32,000 bases of DNA from Erysipelotrichaceae bacterium (GTDB lineage: Bacteria; Bacillota_I; Bacilli_A; Erysipelotrichales; Erysipelotrichaceae), in the NCBI GenBank assembly GCA_963663995.1, contig OY760660.1:1740001-1772000 (forward strand). The letters are read 5' to 3'. How positions within the stretch are numbered: position 1 is the stretch's first letter; every line of letters begins with the position of its first letter. Below, piece by piece: positions 8,913 through 16,169 of this stretch. The notes under the pieces were generated by a model. That model saw only the letters and a program-made list of their open reading frames with translations, searched no databases and was not told where the DNA came from. The position numbers and the translations under genes are program-made.

Positions 8913-9783
8913 ACAAAACAGACAATTAGCGATTCAGTATCATATCCTTAGACGTTTAATTCAAGATGATGTAAAACTTCATTCTAAGATTAATAAGGAT
9001 AATATTGCTGAACTTGTTGATGCGAAAAAGTTTTATGATAAATACTTTGAACCGCAACACAATGTGTCGCAACTTCCTATGCTTTTTAAACTTGTTCAAC
9101 GAGAAACTGAAGCTGCTTTTAAACGTATTTCAAATAAAGTACATATTATTCATAAATTTGATGAGCGTTATCCGAAATCAATCCTTCAGGATTTTAGAGA
9201 TGAAGCACCCATGTTTATTTATTTAAGTGGAGGCGTTGATGTTTTAGAGCGTAAGTATAAAAAGATTTCTATTTTTAGTAGTTCAAAGAGTACAGATGAA
9301 TATATCAATCAATCTTTAGAATGTGTAAGGCAATTAAAAGGATCGGAGTATGTCATCTTAATTCAATTTAATACATTGATGGATAACCTTATCTTTTTAG
9401 AATGTCAAAAACAAGGGATACCTTGCATTGTAGTTTTTAGAGGTCCAGTTACAAAGGATTTAGAAAATGCGATAAAGAAATATAATCCAAGATTTAAACG
9501 TGGATCAAAAGGGATGAATATCATGAGTATTACCGGTCCTTTTAATGAAGTTTTAAGCGAAAAAACACAGTCGTATTTAATGAACTCTCTTGGTCGAGTC
9601 AGTATTTTATTGTCAGAATTAGTTAACGATGTAAATCATGAAGCTATTAGAAATAATTTACATTGGCGAAAACCTTCACTCATGCCACTTTTAAATGGCT
9701 ATGAATATCCATCATCAGATTTGTTATTTACACTCGAAAATAAGGAAGATTTCAAGAAAACTATTGACCATTTATGTGCATAA
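8902..9783 (+). CDS. Divergent DprA/Smf-like (SLOG/Rossmann-fold) protein with degenerate canonical motifs
   Basis: At 293 aa it is typical DprA size. FDERYPKSILQDFRDEAPMFIYLSGG followed by KKISIFSSSKS resembles the DprA hallmark YPxxLxxIxDPPxxLYxxG ... VAIVGSRxxS. The downstream motifs GLAxGID, RNRIIxGL and SGSLxTA are replaced. This alignment was made by hand from memory. The ATG overlaps the last 11 nt of the WYL gene. Confidence 0.5.
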   Translation: MNPKQNRQLAIQYHILRRLIQDDVKLHSKINKDNIAELVDAKKFYDKYFEPQHNVSQLPMLFKLVQRETEAAFKRISNKVHIIHKFDERYPKSILQDFRDEAPMFIYLSGGVDVLERKYKKISIFSSSKSTDEYINQSLECVRQLKGSEYVILIQFNTLMDNLIFLECQKQGIPCIVVFRGPVTKDLENAIKKYNPRFKRGSKGMNIMSITGPFNEVLSEKTQSYLMNSLGRVSILLSELVNDVNHEAIRNNLHWRKPSLMPLLNGYEYPSSDLLFTLENKEDFKKTIDHLCA

Positions 9784-9837
9784 TTTACTTTGTGAAAAAC
9801 AGCTAATTTATCATTTGTTAAATTTTTCGCAAAATAG

Positions 9838-9866
9838 TTGAAAGTCAATGGGGACAGGTCTATACT
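9838..9866 (+). promoter_or_regulatory. Sigma-A-type promoter of the CoADR fusion gene
   Basis: -35 TTGAAA (9838-9843), an exact 17-nt spacer, then -10 TATACT (9861-9866), about 35 nt upstream of the RBS AAAGGA. Confidence 0.6.
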
Positions 9867-9902
9867 TTATAGGTGTGTTAATAAAAACAAGAAAGGATGC
9901 AT

Positions 9903-12401
9903 ATGAATAAAATACTTATTGTTGGTGGCGTTGCTGGTGGTGCAACTGTTGCTGCTCGTTTACGCCGTCTCAGTGAAGAAGATCAAATTATTATGTTTGA
10001 ACGTGATGAATTCATTTCATTCGCAAACTGTGGTCTCCCTTACTATATCGGTAACGTGATTACCGATCGTGATAATTTACTTGTACAAACAGTAGAAGGT
10101 ATGTCACAACGTTTTAATTTAGATATCCGTAACTTCTCAGAGGTCGTTGATATCGATAGAGAAAAGAAAATCGTAACCGTAAAGAAAACTCAAACGGGTG
10201 TTACTTATGAAGAGTCTTATGACAAGCTCATTCTTTCACCAGGAGCGAAACCTATTCAACCTCCTATTGAAGGATTAAAAGAAGCTACTAATTTATTTGT
10301 TTTACGTAATATTCCAGATACAGATCGTATCTATAGCTATATTGCAGCTAATAAACCAAAAACAGCAGCTGTTATCGGTGGAGGTTTCATCGGTGTTGAA
10401 ATGGCTGAAAACTTAAGAGATCGTGGTATTGCAGTAACTTTAGTTGAAAAACTTCCACAAGTTATGGCACCAATCGATTTTGAAATGGCTCAACTCGTTC
10501 ATGAAGAATTGAATGCTAATGGCGTTAAATTAGAACTTGGTGATGGCTTATCTAAATTTACTCAAGAAGGCCACAAGATTCATTTAGAGTCAGGTAAAGT
10601 TGTTGATGCAGATATCGTCATTTTCTCAATTGGTGTTGCCCCTGAAAATGCTTTAGCAAAAGCAGGTAAACTTGGTATTGGTCCTCGTGGTCATATTATG
10701 GTAAACGAAAGAATGGAAACATTCGAAGAAGATGGCAAAACGATTGCAAAAGATGTTTATGCATTAGGTGATGCTGTTCAAGTAAAAGATTTCATTACGG
10801 GTGCAGATACTGCGATTGCCCTAGCATGGCCTGCTAATCGTCAAGCACGTGTTTTAGCTGATTACATTCATGGTAAAGATGCTAAATATAATGGTTCAAT
10901 GGGAACATCTGTTCTTAAAGTCTTTAACCTAACTGTTTCTGCAACAGGTAATAACGAACGTTCACTGAAAATGAAGAACATTCCTTATGTTGCGATTCAT
11001 GCGCACCGTGGTAACCATGCTGGTTATTATCCAGGAGCAAGTAACATTGCCCTCAAATTGATGTACAATCCTGAAACTTTAGAAATTTTAGGTGCACAAG
11101 CAGTTGGTCAAGAAGGTACAGAAAAACGTATCGATGTTATTGCGACAGCCATTAAAGGTAAACTTAAAGCAACTGATTTATCAGACTTAGAATTAGCCTA
11201 TGCGCCACCTTATTCTTCAGCAAAAGATCCAGTTAATGTATTAGGTTATATTGCTGAAAACTTAGTTGATGGACACTATACAATGGTACATTCTTCAGAC
11301 ATTGAAGAGATGACTAAAGAAGGTATGACATTCTTAGATGTACGTACACCGCTTGAGTTTAGTACAGGTCACGTTGCTGGTGCAATTAATATGGAAGTTG
11401 ATCACTTACGTGAAACAATCCATAATCTAAAAGTTAAAAAGGATGATCCAATTACTGTCATTTGTGGGGTAGGTTTAAGAGCTCACGTCGCAACCATGAT
11501 TTTACGTAATTATGGTTATACAAACTTACATAACATGTCAGGTGGTATGAAGACTTATAACACTCGTAACTATGTTATGAATAGTGCCTGTCCAAGTGAA
11601 ATGCATAATATTGAACATATTGAAGTCACTGATACTGGAGACGTTATTGACCCAAAGCCTAGTGGGTTAGATGGCAACCCTAAACAAGTCATCGATGCTT
11701 CAGGTCTTCAATGTCCAGGACCATTACTTGCGACATATAAAGCAGTAGGTAATTTAAAAGATGGCGAAAAAGTGCAAATTATTTCGACTGATGTAGGTTA
11801 TGCCAAAGATGTTGAAAGTTGGTGTAAAACCAACGGTCATACACTTGTTAGCCTAAATCGTGAAGGTGGAAAAATTGTTGCCGATATCGTAAAAGGTCAA
11901 AGAGCTAAGGTTGATGGATCAACTGTTAACCAAGAAAATGCGACCATCGTTCTCTTCTCTGGAGAACTAGATAAAGCATTAGCTTCAATGATTATTGCTC
12001 AAGGTGCTGTTGCTCAAGGCAAGACAGTTACTATCTTCTTTACTTTCTGGGGACTCAATGCATTACGTAGAAGTAATCATGTTCCTGTTAAGAAGACATT
12101 GGTTGAAAAAATGTTTGGCATGATGATGCCTCGTGGTTCAACAAAGTTGCCTCTCTCAAATATGAATATGTTGGGGGCTGGTAAAGCTATGATTGAAAGT
12201 GTTATGAAACAAAAGAATGTTGATTCACTTCCTCTCATGATGAAATCTGCTCAAGAAATGGGTGTTAAATTTATCGCATGTAACATGTCAATGGATTTAA
12301 TGGGCATTCAAAAAGCTGAACTCATCGATGGTGTTGAATTGGGTGGTGTTGCAACTTATATTTCTGCTAACGAAAACGTTGGTACTACATTATTTATCTA
12401 A
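9903..12401 (+). CDS. Four-domain fusion: CoA-disulfide/persulfide reductase (pyridine nucleotide-disulfide oxidoreductase) + rhodanese + TusA-like + DsrE/DrsE_2-like domain
   Basis: FAD motif VGGVAGG. Active-site SFANCGLPYY (Cys codon 10029-10031, which is Cys43 if the start is ATG 9903). Second dinucleotide motif GGGFIGVE. Rhodanese loop CGVGLR (Cys codon 11463-11465). TusA motif LQCPGP (Cys codon 11712-11714). C-terminal DsrE-like domain with FIACNMS (Cys codon 12279-12281). The track start at 9897 overlaps the RBS, so ATG 9903 is preferred. Confidence 0.8.
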   Translation: MNKILIVGGVAGGATVAARLRRLSEEDQIIMFERDEFISFANCGLPYYIGNVITDRDNLLVQTVEGMSQRFNLDIRNFSEVVDIDREKKIVTVKKTQTGVTYEESYDKLILSPGAKPIQPPIEGLKEATNLFVLRNIPDTDRIYSYIAANKPKTAAVIGGGFIGVEMAENLRDRGIAVTLVEKLPQVMAPIDFEMAQLVHEELNANGVKLELGDGLSKFTQEGHKIHLESGKVVDADIVIFSIGVAPENALAKAGKLGIGPRGHIMVNERMETFEEDGKTIAKDVYALGDAVQVKDFITGADTAIALAWPANRQARVLADYIHGKDAKYNGSMGTSVLKVFNLTVSATGNNERSLKMKNIPYVAIHAHRGNHAGYYPGASNIALKLMYNPETLEILGAQAVGQEGTEKRIDVIATAIKGKLKATDLSDLELAYAPPYSSAKDPVNVLGYIAENLVDGHYTMVHSSDIEEMTKEGMTFLDVRTPLEFSTGHVAGAINMEVDHLRETIHNLKVKKDDPITVICGVGLRAHVATMILRNYGYTNLHNMSGGMKTYNTRNYVMNSACPSEMHNIEHIEVTDTGDVIDPKPSGLDGNPKQVIDASGLQCPGPLLATYKAVGNLKDGEKVQIISTDVGYAKDVESWCKTNGHTLVSLNREGGKIVADIVKGQRAKVDGSTVNQENATIVLFSGELDKALASMIIAQGAVAQGKTVTIFFTFWGLNALRRSNHVPVKKTLVEKMFGMMMPRGSTKLPLSNMNMLGAGKAMIESVMKQKNVDSLPLMMKSAQEMGVKFIACNMSMDLMGIQKAELIDGVELGGVATYISANENVGTTLFI

Positions 12402-12425
12402 AAGCGTGAGAAATCACGCTTTTTT
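12401..12425 (+). terminator. Rho-independent terminator after the CoADR fusion gene
   Basis: AAAGCGTGA / GAAA loop / TCACGCTTT (9-bp stem) followed by a T-run. It begins at the stop codon. Confidence 0.85.
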
Positions 12426-12439
12426 CGTATAAACTAAAA

Positions 12440-12467
12440 ATGACATATTTATGACACATTCATGGGT
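12440..12467 (+). repeat. Phased direct repeats ATGACAtATT / ATGACAcATT / ATGGGT with an 11-bp period, upstream of the response-regulator gene
   Basis: Repeat units start at 12440, 12451 and 12462. The third unit supplies the ATG that the ORF track used as a start. This is a candidate OmpR-family binding array. Confidence 0.5.
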
Positions 12468-12497
12468 TACACTACTGCATATAAAGGACGGGTGTAT

Positions 12498-13172
12498 ATG
12501 ATCGGACTACTTTGTGATGATGAATCAATTGTAAAAGAAACCTTATCAATGTATCTTTCTCAAGAAGAATTTGAGAGTGATTTTGCATCGGATGGTGAAG
12601 AGGCTTTGTATAAATTTAGAGAAAAAGACTATGATTTTATAGTTTTAGATTTAATGATGCCTAAAATTAATGGACTAGACGTCTGCAAAGAAATCCGTAA
12701 AACTTCCCAGGTTCCTGTATTGATGTTGACAGCTCGTGGTGAAGAAATTGATCGCATATTAGGATTTGAACTAGGGGCTGATGATTATATCGTTAAACCA
12801 TTCTCATCTCGAGAAGTAGTGGCTCGAATTAAAGCTATTCTTAGAAGAAGTAAAAACCAAAGCTTGGAAGATAAAGTTATTAAACAAGATAAACTGACTA
12901 TTAATCTTGCGACCTATACAGTTAGTTATGATGGAAAGAGTTGTGATATGACTCCTAAGGAAGTTGAAATATTACACTTACTTGCATCTCATCCGCAACA
13001 AGTCTTTTCACGTGAACAACTCTTAAACAATGTATGGGGTTATACCTATTATGGTGATACAAGATCAGTAGATACACATATCAAAAGAATTCGATCTAAA
13101 ATGCCTGAACATTTAAAAGATATTATTCGTACTGTATATGGAGTAGGTTATAAATTTGAGGCGATTAAATGA
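12498..13172 (+). CDS. OmpR/PhoB-family two-component response regulator
   Basis: Receiver motifs LCDDE, IVLDLMMP (phospho-Asp), MLTA and VKPF, followed by a winged-helix output domain (VDTHIKRIRSK...GVGYKF). The start is set at ATG 12498, with the RBS AAAGGA 9 nt upstream. Confidence 0.85.
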   Translation: MIGLLCDDESIVKETLSMYLSQEEFESDFASDGEEALYKFREKDYDFIVLDLMMPKINGLDVCKEIRKTSQVPVLMLTARGEEIDRILGFELGADDYIVKPFSSREVVARIKAILRRSKNQSLEDKVIKQDKLTINLATYTVSYDGKSCDMTPKEVEILHLLASHPQQVFSREQLLNNVWGYTYYGDTRSVDTHIKRIRSKMPEHLKDIIRTVYGVGYKFEAIK

Positions 13173-14974
13173 AAGTAAGAAAATCATTGTTTTCAAGGAT
13201 TTTAAAAATCTTTATTTTATTGTCGCTAGGGACATTAATTTTAACGATGACTATCAATACTTTCGTATCGCGAGTTTATTTTAAGAATCTTAAGGTTAGA
13301 GAAGTTCAACCCACACTATCAGCTATTGAAAGTTTAGTCATCGATGTTGAAAACGGAGTACTTGATAGTTCATTTCTTGAACGATTTGTTTTTGCGCAAA
13401 CATTAGATAAAAATACACAAATTATTATTTCTGATGAGAAAGGTAATTTGATTTTCTCATCCAGAGGCATTAAAGATAATCGTAATGAACCAAACGATCA
13501 AGTAAGTCCAAGCATGCCTGAAAATCCTGATGGTTTTTTTGACTTCTCAAATTCAGATATATTAGATGAAGTATTACTAGATAAAGATGTTTTTGTGAAA
13601 GTGCTAAAGTTTGATGGATCAGAGTTTGAATCAATGGTTATAGGTCAAACGATTGTTGATAGTGATGGGAATCTTATTGGAGCAGTTGCGGCAATTGTAC
13701 CGATCTATGAACTAGATGAAGCGGTGTACACACTTATGATTTCACTAGCAATATCGACTTCAGCAGTTATGTTGTTCAGTGTCTTTGTTCTATATCTGTT
13801 TTCAAAGAGACTCACGAAACCGATTATAAATATGGTAGAAGTAGCTAACCAAATGAGTTTAGGATCTTTCGACAAGAAAGCGGATGAAGATGACCCAAGT
13901 GAAATTGGGGCATTAGGACAGTCGTTGAACAGGATGTCTGAATCATTGAAGTTAACGCTAGACGAAATACAATCTGAGAGATCAAAACTGGAATTAATGC
14001 TGACAAGTATGAATGAGGGTGTCATCTCATTTGATATGGATGATCATATTTTACTTACAAATCCAGCAGTGCATCGATTACTGGAAGTAGATACAATTCA
14101 AGATTTAGAGAATATTCTAAGCCAAGCATTTATTCAAGAAGCTTTAGTTTTAGCGAAAAAAGGTGAAGTGAACATAAGTGAATTAAATGTTAAAGAAAAT
14201 ACGATAGGTTTATCCGTATCACCAATCTATACGAATGAAAACGAAGTAAGCGGTGTTGTCGCAGTTTTTATTGATCAATCAGAAGCTAAACGCATTGAAA
14301 AGATGCAAAGAGATTATGTGGCAAATGTCTCACATGAACTCAGAACTCCAATAACTGCAATGAGAGCATTTATTGAACCTCTTAATGATAATTTAATAAA
14401 AGATGATCAAAAGAAACATGAATACTATAATAATATTCTTAAGGAAATCGAAAGATTAAATCGATTAATTAATGATTTACTAGAACTCTCACGTCTTCAA
14501 AATACTGATGTAGCCTTTAAAGAGAGCAAGTTTAATCTAAAACATCTCATTACTGATTTAAGTGAGAGATATCAATTTTTAGCTAAAGAGAAGAAGATTG
14601 ACTTCAATATAAAAATTGACTTAAAACAGGAAGAACTTTTAAGTAATGAAGATCGGGTTGAACAAGTTTTAACAATCCTTCTAGATAATGCATTTAAGTA
14701 CACTGAAAAAGGATCAGTTGATATGCATGTGTTTAATCAGAAAAATCAAATCTTTATTGAACTTAAAGATAGTGGCGTAGGTATCGCTCACAAAGATCTA
14801 CCATTTATTTTTGAACGTTTCTATACTGTTGATAAGGCACGAACAATGAAATCATTTGGTTTAGGTCTATCGATCGCAAAAGAAATCACAGATCATTTAA
14901 ACGCAAGTATTAGCGTTGAATCCCAGTTAAATGAAGGATCAACCTTTACCCTAAAATTCAATAAAGCATCCTAG
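13169..14974 (+). CDS. Sensor histidine kinase (two TM segments flanking an extracytoplasmic domain of about 150 aa, then HAMP, PAS, HisKA and HATPase_c)
   Basis: H-box [12 protein letters not shown]-box [10 protein letters not shown]-boxes DSGVGI and GLGLSIAKE. Hydrophobic segments lie near residues 12-34 and 188-212. There is an ATGA overlap with the response-regulator gene. Confidence 0.85.
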   Translation: MKVRKSLFSRILKIFILLSLGTLILTMTINTFVSRVYFKNLKVREVQPTLSAIESLVIDVENGVLDSSFLERFVFAQTLDKNTQIIISDEKGNLIFSSRGIKDNRNEPNDQVSPSMPENPDGFFDFSNSDILDEVLLDKDVFVKVLKFDGSEFESMVIGQTIVDSDGNLIGAVAAIVPIYELDEAVYTLMISLAISTSAVMLFSVFVLYLFSKRLTKPIINMVEVANQMSLGSFDKKADEDDPSEIGALGQSLNRMSESLKLTLDEIQSERSKLELMLTSMNEGVISFDMDDHILLTNPAVHRLLEVDTIQDLENILSQAFIQEALVLAKKGEVNISELNVKENTIGLSVSPIYTNENEVSGVVAVFIDQSEAKRIEKMQRDYVANVSHELRTPITAMRAFIEPLNDNLIKDDQKKHEYYNNILKEIERLNRLINDLLELSRLQNTDVAFKESKFNLKHLITDLSERYQFLAKEKKIDFNIKIDLKQEELLSNEDRVEQVLTILLDNAFKYTEKGSVDMHVFNQKNQIFIELKDSGVGIAHKDLPFIFERFYTVDKARTMKSFGLGLSIAKEITDHLNASISVESQLNEGSTFTLKFNKAS

Positions 14975-14998
14975 AAGTAATTAGGATGCTTTTTCTTT
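14963..14998 (+). terminator. Rho-independent terminator after the histidine kinase gene
   Basis: AAAGCATCCTA / 8-nt loop / TAGGATGCTTT (11-bp stem) followed by TTTTCTTT. The stem includes the TAG stop codon. Confidence 0.8.
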
Positions 14999-15009
14999 AT
15001 ACTAAAAGT

Positions 15010-15423
15010 ATGAAAAAACTAGAAGAACTAAGCCCATTGCAATTTGCAGTAACACAAGAAAGTGCAACAGAAAGACCTTTTGAGAATGAATACTATAATC
15101 ATTTTGAAGAAGGAATATATGTTGATATCCTATCAGGAGAAGTTTTATTTTCATCACTTGATAAATTTGATTCTCACTGTGGATGGCCAAGTTTTAGAAA
15201 ACCACTAAATGAACTAATTGAAATTAAAGATTTAAGTTATGGAATGGTACGTACTGAAGTAAGATCAAAAGGCTCACATTTAGGACATGTATTTACTGAT
15301 GGTCCCAAAGATAAAGGTGGATTACGTTATTGCATCAACTCTGCAGCGATCGAATTCATTCCTAAAAACGAAATGAAAGATAAAGGCTATGAGAACTTCC
15401 TATCTTTATTTGAAACAAAGTAG
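15010..15423 (+). CDS. msrB: Peptide-methionine (R)-S-oxide reductase
   Basis: Motifs [34 protein letters not shown] and GGLRYCINS (catalytic Cys). The start is set at ATG 15010 because the track start at 14986 lies inside the upstream terminator hairpin. Confidence 0.9.
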   Translation: MKKLEELSPLQFAVTQESATERPFENEYYNHFEEGIYVDILSGEVLFSSLDKFDSHCGWPSFRKPLNELIEIKDLSYGMVRTEVRSKGSHLGHVFTDGPKDKGGLRYCINSAAIEFIPKNEMKDKGYENFLSLFETK

Positions 15424-15453
15424 TGTAAAATAAACAAAACAAGGAAGATAACA

Positions 15454-16011
15454 ATGCCCTTTAAATTGAGAGATTTCACAAAACGATGTCGAGCCTTAGT
15501 CCTTCGAAGAGGACTAAATTTGGCTGAAGAAAACAAACTACAAGTGATTGAACATAACGATGAACATGCATCTTATCGTGTTGAAAACAACAGTGGTTCT
15601 TATTATCGTGTCGAAATCCGTTTAAATGATCACGATGAAGTGAGTTTTACCCATTGTGAATGTCCTTACCGTGGTGTTGGCTTATGTAAACATACAGCAG
15701 CTGCATTATTGGATATGTTAAGGGTTGAAGGCTTTGATTTTAATCAATTAGAAGCAGAAGACTTTATGATGGAAGATGCTGAAGTGCTCGAAGAGAATGG
15801 GTATGAAGATACACTAAGAGAACTCATTAAAGAAATTTCTCAGAATCCAAAGTTTGATTTAATGCGTTTCTTAGGCAAACAAAATAAAGAAGATTTAATG
15901 ACTTTCATCATTAAATATTTAGAAGAAAGTGAAGATATCCGTTTAGTTGTCATGGCCTATCTTTGGTATAAGAATGCTGAAGTAAGTCACAACTATGATA
16001 AACTCTCATAA
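15454..16011 (+). CDS. SWIM zinc-finger domain protein (function unknown)
   Basis: CxCx(n)CxH signature in THCECPYRGVGLCKHTAAAL. The C-terminal half is acidic. The RBS AAGGAAG lies upstream. Confidence 0.7.
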   Translation: MPFKLRDFTKRCRALVLRRGLNLAEENKLQVIEHNDEHASYRVENNSGSYYRVEIRLNDHDEVSFTHCECPYRGVGLCKHTAAALLDMLRVEGFDFNQLEAEDFMMEDAEVLEENGYEDTLRELIKEISQNPKFDLMRFLGKQNKEDLMTFIIKYLEESEDIRLVVMAYLWYKNAEVSHNYDKLS

Positions 16012-16024
16012 AATAACTTAATAG

Positions 16025-16050
16025 CCACCTAAATGTAGGTGGTTTTATTT
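16025..16050 (+). terminator. Rho-independent terminator after the SWIM gene
   Basis: CCACCTA / AATG / TAGGTGG followed by TTTTATTT. Confidence 0.8.
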
Positions 16051-16089
16051 AGGAAAAATGAAATTATTGAATACGCTTACATATTTTTG

Positions 16090-16118
16090 TTGACAGTCTG
16101 ATTTTTAAACTATATGCT
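16090..16118 (+). promoter_or_regulatory. Sigma-A-type promoter of the 13-gene thiolase-to-maf operon
   Basis: Consensus -35 TTGACA (16090-16095), a 17-nt spacer, then -10 TATGCT (16113-16118). Confidence 0.6.
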
Positions 16119-16127
16119 AGAAATGTA

Positions 16128-16156
16128 AAACATGAACCATGTTTCATGTATGGTTC
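16128..16156. promoter_or_regulatory. Two overlapping inverted repeats just downstream of the -10: a candidate TetR operator or a 5'-UTR structure
   Basis: AAACATG-AAC-CATGTTT (16128-16144) is a perfect 7+3+7 palindrome. GAACCAT-N9-ATGGTTC (16134-16156) shares bases with it. CATG recurs three times with a 7-nt period (16131, 16138, 16145). Confidence 0.45.
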
Positions 16157-16169
16157 GATTGGAGACATA

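Noticed and set aside
9827-9843. The 9-mer TCGCAAAAT followed by AGTTGA occurs both here, abutting the -35 of the CoADR promoter, and in the palindrome region at 28295-28316. This hints at a shared regulator site.
   Set aside because: Near-identical strings (GCGAAAAA and TCGCAAAAG) also occur inside coding regions as Ala-Lys-Lys codons. In an AT-rich 32-kb window a 9-mer recurrence is not clearly beyond chance. I noted it but did not promote it.
15010-15423. MsrB lacks the two CxxC zinc-binding motifs (DILSGEVLF and [11 protein letters not shown] occupy the places where Zn-type MsrBs have CxxC).
   Set aside because: Zinc-less MsrB is a well-known natural variant found in many Gram-positive bacteria. 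The catalytic Cys (RYCINS) and the recycling Cys (HCGWPSF) are intact, so this is not evidence of a pseudogene or of novelty.
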